Assembly (NCBI GenBank): GCA_048938295.1
Contig: JBHLMI010000036.1
Coordinates: 1 to 22,341 of the forward strand
Source: Promethearchaeota archaeon
GTDB taxonomy: Archaea; Asgardarchaeota; Hermodarchaeia; Hermodarchaeales; Hermodarchaeaceae
DNA length: 22,341 nt
Reading direction: 5' to 3'
The position numbers and the translations under genes are program-made. Shown one piece after another: positions 8,302 to 18,328 of the stretch; positions within the stretch are counted from its first letter, which is position 1; each line of letters begins with the position of its first letter. The notes beneath the pieces are model-generated. The model was not told where the DNA came from, made no database searches, and saw nothing but the letters and a program-made list of their open reading frames with translations.

Positions 8302-10161
8302 CTAGTATTGGTAGGACTCGACTTGTGTTTGGACGGGACTCACGATTTTTCTCGAATGTAAGAGTTGCCAGATTTGGTTGATATCATGATGAATCAGATA
8401 ATCTTGGGTTAGACGGTTAATTTGACTAGTCTGCTTTTTAGAGTATCGAGGAATCGTTTTACGAATCAGATCGTAGGCGATTTGGGAGCCCCTACCTAAG
8501 GTGACGGATTTGTGTAATCTTCGAATATCAATGCCTTGAATCGCACAGAGCAATTCAATGGCGATAATCTGCTCAACATTGACAAGAATTTCTTGTGCAT
8601 GCCGTGCAGCAATTGTTCCCATGCTAACATGGTCCTCTTGATTCGCCGCGGTTGGAATGGATCGTACACTGGCAGGGGTTGTTAATTTTTGGCATTCAGC
8701 TGTAAGAGCTGCCGCTGTAATTTGAGCCAGTCCAAGACCGAAGTAGACGCCTTGGTCAGCGAGTGTTGGGTGAATGAGTAATAAAGGCAGTCCATTACTT
8801 AGCTTATCATCAATTAGTCGGGAAATCCGACGTTCAGCAATGGTTGCAATAGCCGTCAAAGCGATTGCTAGAAAATCCATGACACATGCAATGGGCTGTC
8901 CATGAAAGTTTCCTCCCGAAAGAAAAGTTTTCGTTTTGGGAAATATTAGTGGATTATCTGTTGCTGAATTACATTCGATGGCAATAATCTGTTCAGCGTA
9001 TTTTATGGCATCTCGTGCTGCTCCTAGTACTTGTGGTGTGCAACGAATGGAATAGGCATCTTGCACGCGTGGTGTAATTTTGGCAGCATCAATTGCAGCT
9101 TCAAAGCCAGCTTTGGAAACCCCTAGCGCCTTAAAGTGTTTTTGAATCTGGGCTCGTTTATTTTTCAATAGAACGGCGGATTCAGGTGGTTCAACTGGAA
9201 TCTGCTTGTCAAGAGCCACCACTGTATGAATTGCCTGTTGTAAAATCGTATAGAGAATCTCATGGTTGTCCCCAGGTGTGAATGATTCATGGAGTTTTTT
9301 CAGAGCTGTCTGTGCACGTTTCTTTCGTTCACGTGATGTCAATACTTGGGAGCTACCAGCTAAAATGGAAGAGAGGTTATGCGCAGTCTGCAATTGGCCA
9401 GGATGGGGACGCACTTTGTGAATACGTTGATCAAAGGCATCAAGTACTGCTTCTAGAGCTTCCATTGACAAGGCTGCTGCAATTTCTGCTGATGCAATAA
9501 GATTTCTGGCATCAGCAGTTGTGAGTGCGGCTATGGCGGTCATAATTTGGGTTCCGTTTATCAGTGCTATGCCTTCTTTCGGTCCCAAATCTATTGATGT
9601 TAAACCTGCTTGTTTGAGGGCGTCTGCGCCTGGTAGAATTTCGCCCTTGTACTCAGCTTCCCCTTCTCCAATTAATACAAGAGCCATATGGGATAAGGGA
9701 GCAAGATCTCCACTTGCGCCAACAGATCCTTTTTCCGGAATGATCGGGTGCACGTTTTTATTGAGGAGATCAATGAGAAGCTGCAAAGTGGGAAGGCGAA
9801 CGCCAGAATAGCCCTTAGCCAAGGTATTTGCGCGAAGGAGCATAGCCGCCCGAACTACTTCGGTTGGCAAGGGAGAGCCCACCCCAGCCGCATGACTAAT
9901 GATTAGATTGCGTTGAAGGGCTTGAACTTTTTCTTCAGAAATTACCACTTCACTCAAAGGCCCAAATCCTGTCGTTACCCCATAAATCACTTCTCCGGAA
10001 TCAACCAAATTAGCCACAACTTGAGCAGCAGTTTTGACTTTTTGTTCTGCTGAAGCCGAGAGTTTGACTTTCCCATTGTTTCGTGCAACAGTTACTAGTT
10101 CATCAATTGTGAGGTTATCTCCATCAATTATTATTGTCTGTGGACTCAATTTGCTCACCAT
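8302..10161 (-). CDS. hutH: Histidine ammonia-lyase, 619 aa, with a large internal insertion
   Basis: Motifs IYGVTTGFG, NLIISHAAGVG (the SH pair typical of HAL), GSVGASGDLAPL (MIO-forming ASG), QDAYSIRC, SGGNFHGQP and NQEDHVSMG. Confidence 0.96.
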   Translation of the reverse strand: MVSKLSPQTIIIDGDNLTIDELVTVARNNGKVKLSASAEQKVKTAAQVVANLVDSGEVIYGVTTGFGPLSEVVISEEKVQALQRNLIISHAAGVGSPLPTEVVRAAMLLRANTLAKGYSGVRLPTLQLLIDLLNKNVHPIIPEKGSVGASGDLAPLSHMALVLIGEGEAEYKGEILPGADALKQAGLTSIDLGPKEGIALINGTQIMTAIAALTTADARNLIASAEIAAALSMEALEAVLDAFDQRIHKVRPHPGQLQTAHNLSSILAGSSQVLTSRERKKRAQTALKKLHESFTPGDNHEILYTILQQAIHTVVALDKQIPVEPPESAVLLKNKRAQIQKHFKALGVSKAGFEAAIDAAKITPRVQDAYSIRCTPQVLGAARDAIKYAEQIIAIECNSATDNPLIFPKTKTFLSGGNFHGQPIACVMDFLAIALTAIATIAERRISRLIDDKLSNGLPLLLIHPTLADQGVYFGLGLAQITAAALTAECQKLTTPASVRSIPTAANQEDHVSMGTIAARHAQEILVNVEQIIAIELLCAIQGIDIRRLHKSVTLGRGSQIAYDLIRKTIPRYSKKQTSQINRLTQDYLIHHDINQIWQLLHSRKIVSPVQTQVESYQY

Positions 10162-10186
10162 CGCAAATCATGATTGCCTAGTGCTC

Positions 10187-10194
10187 TTATAAAA
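10187..10194 (-). promoter_or_regulatory. TATA box of hutH, implying a very short or absent 5' UTR
   Basis: TTTTATAA on the minus strand, ending about 25 nt upstream of the hutH ATG at 10161. Confidence 0.5.
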
Positions 10195-10262
10195 AAGGTT
10201 CATCTGCTTATTTCTTATCAGTTGCTGAATGAAATAGAGGCCAGGAACCAAAAGGTAGTGGA

Positions 10263-10577
10263 TTAACTCTTTGTGTGAAGAGTTATCACAATTTAACTAA
10301 TCCCACTCCGTTTAGTCCCCTACTCGGTGGGGTAATGCATTTCAATTTTGATTGAATCGGCGTTCAAAATAAGCTCAAGTTATTTGAACATTCTCAAGTG
10401 GGCAGCAACATCCATCACCCGGTATATCAGAGGCACTCGAGCTTTAATGGTCGCTGACCCTTTTCTTTTAATTTGGTGCTCAGCTGCACGTAAATATTCC
10501 ATTGTCTTCTTTTTCCTCATATAGACAATTCCATCAAGCCAAGATGCTGTCTCAGGAATTAACTGTGAAGTCGCCAA
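10263..10577 (-). pseudogene. albA: Alba-family DNA/RNA-binding protein pseudogene
   Basis: One uninterrupted frame reads ...IVYMRKKKTMEYLRAAEHQIKRKGSATIKARVPLIYRVMDVAAHLRMFK*LELILNADSIKIEMHYPTE*GTKRSGIS*IVITLHTKS*. It follows the Alba pattern (VYIGKK..M.Y, IKARG..I..AVDVA, IS.I.I.L). Internal stops at 10382-10380, 10322-10320 and 10295-10293. Confidence 0.75.
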
Positions 10578-10625
10578 ATTACCTTGATCAAGAGATTGAG
10601 TTACTGGGGTTTTTCATTTGGGTAA

Positions 10626-12272
10626 TCATTCTTGTCTTAGGTAGGAATGAGCTGACCAACTGAGAAGAATGACCACTAGGAGAATTGTGTAAGGGGCAAT
10701 GAGCAGCGAACTTACGAGCATGAGTGGAAGCCCACCCGGAACGAACCCAAGTTGAAAGAGTAGAACTGGAATGATAGCTATCCATGAGATGACTGGAAAT
10801 GTGATCATGAGAGCTATTGGTGTTTCATTTTTCACTCGTGAGGCGAAGGGATAACGGCTACCTAGCCCTAAACCGATGGCTGATGCAATTGTAATAGAGT
10901 GGGGGAGGATAGCTAGGGCTATTGGAAGGAGAGAAAGGCTACCTAGAAATACTGCGAAGTAGATCGCGAAAGGAATGGCTAGTGCAAAGGGGGTTAGGAG
11001 GAGTTGCAGGTATTTGATAGTGGTGAAGCGTACAGGGGTCAAGGGAGATAAGCGCACAAGATGGAGCGTGCCTCGTTCGCCACGAAATGGATCTGAGGAT
11101 GAAATCGCAAGGAGAGGAATGATGACAACAAGCAGCACGGCGTAAAGCGTTTCGATGAGTGGAAGATACTCAGTGGGAATAGGAAAAACAGAGCCAAAGA
11201 CAGGAGCTAGACCGATGAAAACAAACGCAAAGGCAAAGTTGACGACCAAGCCGCCTACATAGAAGACTTTGCCAGGTTTACGGAGACCAGTTATGAAATC
11301 CTTCATGAAGAACGCTCGAAATGGTGATTTCGTAGGAGTGTATTTCACGGGAAGTCGGTGTAAGGCGCCAATGTTCGTTCCCTTCCGCCGCGCCACCGTA
11401 GCTATTTCCTCGTAGAAATCGATTGTAATCTTATCAGTTAACCATCTGGTTCCAACGATGACAATACCATAAAGGATGAGCAATTGGAAAAAAACCAAAG
11501 GGAGAGCAGGAAGGAAGAAGACTGTAAAAGCTCCATCAGAACCAGGTGCAGCCCCGCTGAAGAGCATACCCACAAGCGTATTAGCCAAATTTAACGTCGG
11601 TGAAGGCGCATAAAGACCACCGACAGCCCAAACGGGACTCAATACTAAGACAATGCCGATGACCAAAACTGCATAGAACAGCAGTCGAAAGATGCGTTTA
11701 TGTGGACGATTCTGGGTAGCAAATTTCTGTAGGGCATAGAGACCCTGAGTGGCAACCGACCCGATTTCTCCCAAGAGAAATATAACAAGAAGAAACAAGA
11801 AAAAGATCTCCCAAGTTAATCCGAAATTTGAGCCAAAATACCATAAGATGGGTTGAACGGCGAGGACTAGATAGAGAACCAGTGTTATTCGTCTTGGAAT
11901 GGCGTGAAGATATTTTGCGGTGTAAAATACATGTCCTTGCATGGGAGTGGGCAGGAGATAGTCAGCATCAGCAGGTTCAGTTTCAGAGCCTAAAGGGACA
12001 CCCAGGATGGCTTTGATGATTTGCTGGGCGATGAAGAGAGAAATAATTCCATAAACCAGCCAAATGGTATTGACGCCAAGAAAACCGCTGTCAACAATTA
12101 TCCAATACATCGACCCACGAATTGATGTAGGCATCACGAAGATAAAGATCCAAAGCAGCCAGACAACTAGTAGCACTATAGCCACTGAAACGATTTGCAG
12201 GATAATGAAGGTGGGTTGGCGGATTGATTTACGGATGTAATTCCGCATCCGCTTAAATTCCCATCGTGTCAC
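10626..12272 (-). CDS. ABC exporter permease (ABC-2-like, multi-pass membrane protein)
   Basis: 548 aa with many hydrophobic helices and two related motifs (DADYLLPTPM, LHLVRLSPLTP); directly downstream of an ABC ATPase gene on the same strand. Confidence 0.8.
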   Translation of the reverse strand: MTRWEFKRMRNYIRKSIRQPTFIILQIVSVAIVLLVVWLLWIFIFVMPTSIRGSMYWIIVDSGFLGVNTIWLVYGIISLFIAQQIIKAILGVPLGSETEPADADYLLPTPMQGHVFYTAKYLHAIPRRITLVLYLVLAVQPILWYFGSNFGLTWEIFFLFLLVIFLLGEIGSVATQGLYALQKFATQNRPHKRIFRLLFYAVLVIGIVLVLSPVWAVGGLYAPSPTLNLANTLVGMLFSGAAPGSDGAFTVFFLPALPLVFFQLLILYGIVIVGTRWLTDKITIDFYEEIATVARRKGTNIGALHRLPVKYTPTKSPFRAFFMKDFITGLRKPGKVFYVGGLVVNFAFAFVFIGLAPVFGSVFPIPTEYLPLIETLYAVLLVVIIPLLAISSSDPFRGERGTLHLVRLSPLTPVRFTTIKYLQLLLTPFALAIPFAIYFAVFLGSLSLLPIALAILPHSITIASAIGLGLGSRYPFASRVKNETPIALMITFPVISWIAIIPVLLFQLGFVPGGLPLMLVSSLLIAPYTILLVVILLSWSAHSYLRQE

Positions 12273-12292
12273 CGTGGCAGAATCGACTGCTT

Positions 12293-13066
12293 TCAGAGTC
12301 GGTCGCGCTCCTTCAGGGTTCGTATGTAATAATTCTCTAAGGCGGCTCCTCCGCCGACTTCACGCCGAAGCTCTTCAACTGATCCCGAGGCAACTTTCAC
12401 TCCTTCGGAGAGAATGGTGAACTCGTCGCTGACTTCTTCAGCCACGTTGAGGTTATGAGTCGATAGAATGACTGTGTTTCCATTCTCAGCGAGTTCACGG
12501 ATTATGCGTTTCAGAACATAACCACCTTCAGGATCAAGCCCGTATAAGGGTTCATCCATGAGAAGAACCTTAGGATTCCTAATCAGCAACGCGGTGAGCA
12601 AGGCTCTTTGGAGCATTCCACGTGACAGTTCACCGAGATATTTGTTAAGAAATCCGCTGATTTCAAACCGCTCAATGTATTCCAACCGGCGCCGATGAAA
12701 TTCTTCTTCTGGAACACCGAAGAGGCTTCCAATGAATGTCAGAAATTCATCGACAGTAAGGGTATCGTATGCTGCTGGAGTATCTGGAAGGAAACCAAGA
12801 TTGGTTTTGGCATTCCAGGATTCACGAAGCATGTCATATCCCATGATGAAGATGCTGCCCCGATTCGGTCGACTGAGTCCCGCGATTAACCGGAGCGTTG
12901 TAGTTTTCCCTGCTCCGTTGGGGCCAACCAGAGCATGAACGACTCCCTGTGGAATCTTTAGGTTCAGTCGATTCACAGCTAAAATACCTGGAGGGAAAAT
13001 CTTACTTAATCGATACGTCTCCAAGGCGGGAGTTTGCCCTCTTGATTGCCTTCGTGTATTTGCCAT
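12293..13066 (-). CDS. ABC transporter ATP-binding protein (exporter type)
   Basis: Walker A GPNGAGKTT, signature LSRGM, Walker B LLMDEP and H-loop STH. Confidence 0.95.
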   Translation of the reverse strand: MANTRRQSRGQTPALETYRLSKIFPPGILAVNRLNLKIPQGVVHALVGPNGAGKTTTLRLIAGLSRPNRGSIFIMGYDMLRESWNAKTNLGFLPDTPAAYDTLTVDEFLTFIGSLFGVPEEEFHRRRLEYIERFEISGFLNKYLGELSRGMLQRALLTALLIRNPKVLLMDEPLYGLDPEGGYVLKRIIRELAENGNTVILSTHNLNVAEEVSDEFTILSEGVKVASGSVEELRREVGGGAALENYYIRTLKERDRL

Positions 13067-13224
13067 TCCGTTGACCTCGCTTTGGGCTAGTCATACAAGG
13101 TGCATATTTTATCTTTTTTTCCAAATCTGGATAGTATTGCCAAGTGCCATCGACTATCCTATTATAACTTACTTAGCTGGCAAATATCTGGGAATATTCG
13201 AAAGAACTGATGGTTGTTTCAGGT

Positions 13225-13485
13225 TTAATTAGATTGTGAGGCATGAACTGGCTTGCTTGGTGGTGGCTTGGTTTTTGTAAGAAGATATAATCCCACAAAA
13301 AAGAAGACAATAAAAATCGCTGAAGAAATGAAAAAGAAGCTGGTCTTGAAAAACTCTGAACCAAGAATAGGGTACCCTGCGGGCCAAAAAGGAGAAGTCC
13401 AGCCAAAGGCAAACACTGTCGAAGCGATTGTGATGAGAACTATGCCCAGAATCCATCGTGCGCGATCAGACAGAGGTTGTGTCAT
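13225..13485 (-). CDS. Small membrane protein with two predicted transmembrane helices, unknown function
   Basis: ATG start, two hydrophobic segments followed by a K/P-rich tail, and it fills the gap between two same-strand genes. Confidence 0.6.
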   Translation of the reverse strand: MTQPLSDRARWILGIVLITIASTVFAFGWTSPFWPAGYPILGSEFFKTSFFFISSAIFIVFFFVGLYLLTKTKPPPSKPVHASQSN

Positions 13486-13559
13486 ACTTTAAACCACGAA
13501 TAAGATGATACCATTTACTGAGGAATCTGTTTCATAGTATTTTGCCTTAACTATTTCTC

Positions 13560-16403
13560 TTAGGTAGCTGGTACTTTGGGTTTAATGGTACCTGTTCCGT
13601 CGCCTAGTTGCTTGGCTCGATGACGAACGAAGAGTTTGAAGATTTCAACAACTATGAAAACTAGTGCCGACAGCAGAAAAACAAGTACCCAATCCTGAAG
13701 CGTTAAAGGCACTGTGCGGAAGACTACTTGTAGGGGTGGGAAATACACAATGAGTAAGTGCAGGATAATTGATATTCCAATTGCTGCGAGAAGGTATCGA
13801 TTCTTAAAGAATCCCACTTGGAAGAGCGAAAGATTCCCTGAGCGTGAGTTCAGTGCATGGACCATTTGGGTCATAACAAGTACTGTTAGCGCTAGTGTGC
13901 CTGCACGAAGAACGGCCACTTCAGGTGACAAACCTAGTCGGATAAGGTTCTGCATAGAAAGAGTATAGATTCCGAGGGTTGCGAAAGCTATTGTTATCCC
14001 AACAACCCATATGAGTATCCAAACCCGTCGGGTTATGACCCCTTCCTCCGGATCACAGGGTCCCCGTTTCATCACATCGGGTTCAATTGGGTCCATCCCA
14101 AGTGCAAGTGCTGGTAATCCATCTGTGACAAGATTAACGAACAGAATCTGTATAGCTAACAAGGGTAGAGGCCAACGGAAAAAGACGGAAAGGGTAATGC
14201 TTGCAAGAAAAATGACAAGAATTTCCCCCGCATTACAAGAGAGAAGATAAGAGACAAATTTACGAGTATTATCTCCAATCCCACGCCCCTCCTCAATGGC
14301 GTTGACAATGGATGCATAATTGTCATCCGTCAGAATCATGTCAGAGGCTTCCTTGGCCACATCTGTGCCAGTGATCCCCATGGCGATACCAATATCCGCA
14401 TATTTTAGAGCCGGAGCATCGTTGACGCCATCACCAGTCATGGCAGTGATATGCCCTTTGGATTTCAGCGCCTGAACAATGCGCAGCTTATGTTCCGGTG
14501 ACACCCGTGCATAGACGCGGACTTGTGGCGCCGCATCGGAAAGGTCACCATCTGAAAGGGCATCTAGGGCATTACCAGTTAAGACAGCGTCGTCTTCCTC
14601 AAACATCCCGAGTTCGTTGGCAATTGCTACCGCAGTATATTGATTATCTCCCGTAATCATGACTGATTTGATTCCTGCGCCCTTGGCGATTTTAATGGAA
14701 TCAGAGACTTCTGGTCTGGGTGGATCCATCATTCCCACCAACCCAACAAAGATCAGGTCAAACTCTACTCCTTCGGGAGAAATATCGCTGAGATCTTCGG
14801 GACACACACGGTAAGCCATACCCAGAACTCGTAACGCTTTATTTGCCATTCTATCATTATTATTCAGAATCTCTGCACGTTGCTCTTCTGAAAGTGGCTG
14901 AATGCCATTTCCGGTGAAAATTTGCGTGCTCTGCCTGAGCACGACTTCTGGTGCCCCTTTCACATAAGCAACGGTTTCATTTTCTGGGGTGTCATTCAAG
15001 GTTGACATCCGTTTACGTTCCGGATCAAAGGGAAGCTCGGCAATACGAGGATAATCGTTTTGGAGGTTTTCAGTATATCCTGCCTTTTGAGCAACAACGA
15101 TCAAGGCACCCTCCGTTGGATCACCAACTACTTTCCATCCACCGTTGTGTTGCCGAACCACAGCATTGTTACACAGAGTACCGATTCGAAGCAGCAAAGC
15201 AAGTTGCTCGTTTTCCAATGGTTCAATCTTTTCTTTCTTAAAATAAAATTCACCTTCTGGTGAATAGCCTGCCCCTGAAACGGACACGCTATAACCAGGT
15301 ACGAGCACCTCGCGGACAGTCATTTCATCCTTTGTGAGGGTTCCGGTTTTATCTGAACAAATAATATCAGCAGAGCCCAAGGTCTCCACTGCGGGTAATC
15401 TACGAATGATGGCGTTCCGCTTCACCATCCGTTGGACCCCCAAGGCTAGTGTTATCGTTACGACTGCCGGCAAGCCCTCAGGTATCGCAGCAACGGCCAA
15501 AGCGACTGCAATTATAAAAAGATCAAGAAATGTTGAGAAAAGCGTAGCCATCAGCCAGGCTACTACAACTTGGACAGTGAGTACAATCATACAGATGATG
15601 AGAATGGCAATGCCCAGTTGTTTCCCTAATCGCCGCATTCGTTTCTGCTGCGGGGTTTCCTTTTCTCCAGCTTCCGAAATGAACCCGGCAATACGACCGA
15701 TTTCCGTATTCATACCAGTATTAGTTACCACCGCTAGCCCCCGACCCGCTGTTATGGCGGTGCTGGCACGGACCATGTTAGCTTGATCGGCTAAAGGTAT
15801 GTTTCGATTAAAGATTTTGTTGGCGATCTTTTTGACTGGCATGGATTCACCGGTCAAGGAGGATTCATCGGTGTGGATGTTATGTGATTCGACGAGACGG
15901 GCATCAGCAGGAAGCCGATCTCCCATCTCCAAGCGTAGGATATCACCAGGTACCACTTCTGTAGCGGGAATATTGATAGGTTCGCCATCACGCAGAACAT
16001 GAGCTTGAGGTGCTGCCATCTTCTGTAAGGCTTCGATGGATTTCTCTGCGCGATACTCTTGGGTGAAGCCCAAGATGGCATTGATTATCACAATGATCAT
16101 GATGACGATAGCATCAATGGGTGGTTCGTTGTGGCCCGGAATGATGAGATTCGTGTATACATTGACAACCAGAGAGATGACTGCAGCGAAAATAAGAATA
16201 ATCACAAGGGTTTCTTTGAATTGTGAGAGAAACATGGACAAGGGCCCAGGCCCTTTAACTTCTTCAAGGGCATTGGGGCCATATTCAGTCAATCGCCGTT
16301 GTGCTTCTTCTGTACTTAACCCCTCTTCTGTGACCTCGAGTTGTTTCATGATTGCAGCGGCATCTTGGGTGTGAGGAAGAAGCTTTTCTGTCGTCAAGGA
16401 CAT
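13560..16403 (-). CDS. P2A-type (SERCA/PMR1-like) cation-transporting, probably Ca2+, P-type ATPase
   Basis: Motifs [43 protein letters not shown]5 SCNAGEI and M6 [10 protein letters not shown]. Confidence 0.95.
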   Translation of the reverse strand: MSLTTEKLLPHTQDAAAIMKQLEVTEEGLSTEEAQRRLTEYGPNALEEVKGPGPLSMFLSQFKETLVIILIFAAVISLVVNVYTNLIIPGHNEPPIDAIVIMIIVIINAILGFTQEYRAEKSIEALQKMAAPQAHVLRDGEPINIPATEVVPGDILRLEMGDRLPADARLVESHNIHTDESSLTGESMPVKKIANKIFNRNIPLADQANMVRASTAITAGRGLAVVTNTGMNTEIGRIAGFISEAGEKETPQQKRMRRLGKQLGIAILIICMIVLTVQVVVAWLMATLFSTFLDLFIIAVALAVAAIPEGLPAVVTITLALGVQRMVKRNAIIRRLPAVETLGSADIICSDKTGTLTKDEMTVREVLVPGYSVSVSGAGYSPEGEFYFKKEKIEPLENEQLALLLRIGTLCNNAVVRQHNGGWKVVGDPTEGALIVVAQKAGYTENLQNDYPRIAELPFDPERKRMSTLNDTPENETVAYVKGAPEVVLRQSTQIFTGNGIQPLSEEQRAEILNNNDRMANKALRVLGMAYRVCPEDLSDISPEGVEFDLIFVGLVGMMDPPRPEVSDSIKIAKGAGIKSVMITGDNQYTAVAIANELGMFEEDDAVLTGNALDALSDGDLSDAAPQVRVYARVSPEHKLRIVQALKSKGHITAMTGDGVNDAPALKYADIGIAMGITGTDVAKEASDMILTDDNYASIVNAIEEGRGIGDNTRKFVSYLLSCNAGEILVIFLASITLSVFFRWPLPLLAIQILFVNLVTDGLPALALGMDPIEPDVMKRGPCDPEEGVITRRVWILIWVVGITIAFATLGIYTLSMQNLIRLGLSPEVAVLRAGTLALTVLVMTQMVHALNSRSGNLSLFQVGFFKNRYLLAAIGISIILHLLIVYFPPLQVVFRTVPLTLQDWVLVFLLSALVFIVVEIFKLFVRHRAKQLGDGTGTIKPKVPAT

Positions 16404-16519
16404 GTCCGTCCATTTATATCGCAGATTTAACGCAAGCGTTTTTCAGTGTGGCTTTCAGCGCGTCCCATTTATTTAACGTTGTGCGTCATAAAGATGTAAG
16501 CTTCGGCTCCGGTGGGAAC

Positions 16520-17173
16520 TCATTCACTGGGTTTTTCAGGTTTCACTTCGACTGGGAAGAGGATTTTGGCAATCTCGTTTCGGTATTTGACCTCAACTTG
16601 GGCTAGGAGCGTTTCAACTCGGTAATCGACGGTGATGTTGCCCTCCTTGTTCTGAATCATGACACCACCAATCGCATCAACGGCTTGTTTTCCAACAGAA
16701 ACCTTGGTAGTTTGCTCAGCTTGCTTTGAGATTGCTGTTCCAAGACCAGTGATTTTTGAAATAGCGGGTTGTTCTTCCTTGCGGGTAAGGACGACTAAAT
16801 CACCCCCACCTATTTGGATTCCCGCATCGATGATGAGATTCTTGAGGAACGTTGTGTATTTAGCTGAACCTCTTTCCTTCTCAAACTGTTTGCGAGCCTG
16901 TTTGAAAGCTTCATCAATCATAGTCGCTTTAGCATTCATGACCCGCATGTGGGCATCGTTTCGAGCCTTCCCGAGTATCCGGTCACCGATTCCTCGAGCC
17001 ATTTGTTTTCGACGGGCAGCCCAACCAGTTAGATTTGATTGAGCGTTCTCTAAAGCTTCTTCGGTGAGTTGCCGGGCAGCGACTTCAGCGTCCCCAACAA
17101 TCTTTTTGGCTTGGGCTTTGGCTTCATCAATGATTGTCTTTTCAATTTGGCCAATAGCAGAAGACGCGGTCAT
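16520..17173 (-). CDS. atpE: A/V-type ATP synthase subunit E
   Basis: Helical N-terminus (IIDEAKAQAKKI) and C-terminal IGGVMIQNKEGNITVDYRVETLL; overlaps the H-like gene by 4 nt. Confidence 0.85.
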   Translation of the reverse strand: MTASSAIGQIEKTIIDEAKAQAKKIVGDAEVAARQLTEEALENAQSNLTGWAARRKQMARGIGDRILGKARNDAHMRVMNAKATMIDEAFKQARKQFEKERGSAKYTTFLKNLIIDAGIQIGGGDLVVLTRKEEQPAISKITGLGTAISKQAEQTTKVSVGKQAVDAIGGVMIQNKEGNITVDYRVETLLAQVEVKYRNEIAKILFPVEVKPEKPSE

Positions 17174-17496
17174 TTTACGGCACCCCCAAAGGAATAGACT
17201 GCAGACACAATGAAGTCAACTGTTTTCTTAATATTCTTCTTTGCTTGCTCTTCAATTGCAGCAGCTTCATTGTCTGCCTTGGCTAGTATTGTCTTAGCCT
17301 GAGTCTGGGCTTTCTTCTCGATCCCCTGCTGAAGAGCTGTAATTTCTTCCGTGATCTGGCTCCGAACACGTGGTTCGGTTTCCCTTACCTTGCGCTCAGC
17401 TTCTCGTTTAATTTCCTCGGCTTTACTTTGGGCTTTTTCAATTATCTTTGCCGCTTCAGCTTCTGCTTTTTGTACACCGTCTAAGACCTCGCTCAT
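17170..17496 (-). CDS. atpH: A/V-type ATP synthase subunit H (G-like peripheral stalk); start probably ATG 17496, ORF track 17508
   Basis: About 108 aa of E/K/A-rich coiled coil (VQKAEAEAAKIIEKA) ending in KKTVDFIV; immediately upstream of subunit E. Confidence 0.75.
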   Translation of the reverse strand: MSEVLDGVQKAEAEAAKIIEKAQSKAEEIKREAERKVRETEPRVRSQITEEITALQQGIEKKAQTQAKTILAKADNEAAAIEEQAKKNIKKTVDFIVSAVYSFGGAVK

Positions 17497-17713
17497 TCTC
17501 AACACCACAGAATCTTGTTGTTTCGTGTGTTAGTCGCTTTTCAACAATGACCTTTCCTAATAAACCTTTACGCTATGCAGATGTTTCCTATTCAACCAAA
17601 CAAGCACGGTAATTTTTATTGTAATAGATGGGATTTTTGCGGGCTCTAAGATTATTTTAGTACCAATCGATCATTAGGTGGTATCTAATCTAATAAGAAA
17701 AGGTGAGATACCG

Positions 17714-18232
17714 ATGAACTGGTTAGAAGCAGTTAATTTGGAACTGGGGGCGGCGTTTGCTATGTTAGAGAATGCAATCATCAATGCTGATGAGAATGTT
17801 TGGAATAACACAGGAGATTATCACCCTTTTTGGAGTATTGCCTACCATACTATCTTTTTTTGTCACTTCTATTTCTCTGATTTTAATCCAAATGTTGTTA
17901 ACGTAGAGAAGGAGTATCAACTACCAAACTATATGTTAGAATGGAGCAAGTATTACGATTTTGATTTAACTGTCGATTCAGTTCCATCAAAGGAGATACT
18001 AGTACAATTCTTGAAAGAAACTCGAGAAGAACTAAGATCTCGATTTTTAACTGATGTGAAAAACCAAGTTGATGAATTGGCAACATCATGGTCTCCGAAT
18101 GAGACAATGCCTAAAGGAACGATGCTATTGTATGTCATGAGGCACATCATGCAGCATGTTGGTCAGCTTAACATGCTATTACGGAAGGCTGGACTTAAAA
18201 CCAGTGAATGGCAAACCCTAATCCAAGTTTAA
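17714..18232 (+). CDS. DinB/DUF664-family protein
   Basis: SD AGGTGA precedes ATG 17714. Motifs WSIAYHTIF and YVMRHIMQHVGQLNMLLRK give the three-His pattern of the DinB superfamily. Confidence 0.85.
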   Translation: MNWLEAVNLELGAAFAMLENAIINADENVWNNTGDYHPFWSIAYHTIFFCHFYFSDFNPNVVNVEKEYQLPNYMLEWSKYYDFDLTVDSVPSKEILVQFLKETREELRSRFLTDVKNQVDELATSWSPNETMPKGTMLLYVMRHIMQHVGQLNMLLRKAGLKTSEWQTLIQV

Positions 18233-18309
18233 GATTGCTAATTAGGTAAAAGAACTTACAAAAAAGGGATAGCAGACACCTAATCAATAGCTATGAAAAC
18301 GCACGGAAC

Positions 18310-18328
18310 AGGTTTCAGTTCGAAACCT
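18310..18328. terminator. Perfect 7-bp hairpin downstream of the DinB gene
   Basis: AGGTTTC-agttc-GAAACCT. Confidence 0.25.

Noticed and set aside
9070-9351. Intein or intron within hutH
   Set aside because: The insert is in frame, lacks the intein C-terminal His-Asn and +1 nucleophile pattern, and I saw no bulge-helix-bulge boundary.
2259-10382. Stop-codon reassignment, selenocysteine or pyrrolysine as an explanation for the in-frame stops
   Set aside because: All three stop types occur inside the broken genes, and all three terminate intact genes in this window (for example TAG 1228, TAA 3303, TGA 5807).
10588-10785. 65-aa Ser/Thr-rich ORF overlapping the permease 3' end
   Set aside because: It is an alternative frame of the permease gene with no independent coding signal.
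12590-12640. Non-canonical ABC signature LSRGM
   Set aside because: LS(K/R)GM variants are common in this exporter ATPase class.
15334-15786. 150-aa antisense ORF, and similar ones at 6040-6438, 16036-16374, 16659-17042 and 21350-21826
   Set aside because: These are antisense shadows of well-supported genes and carry no recognisable motifs.
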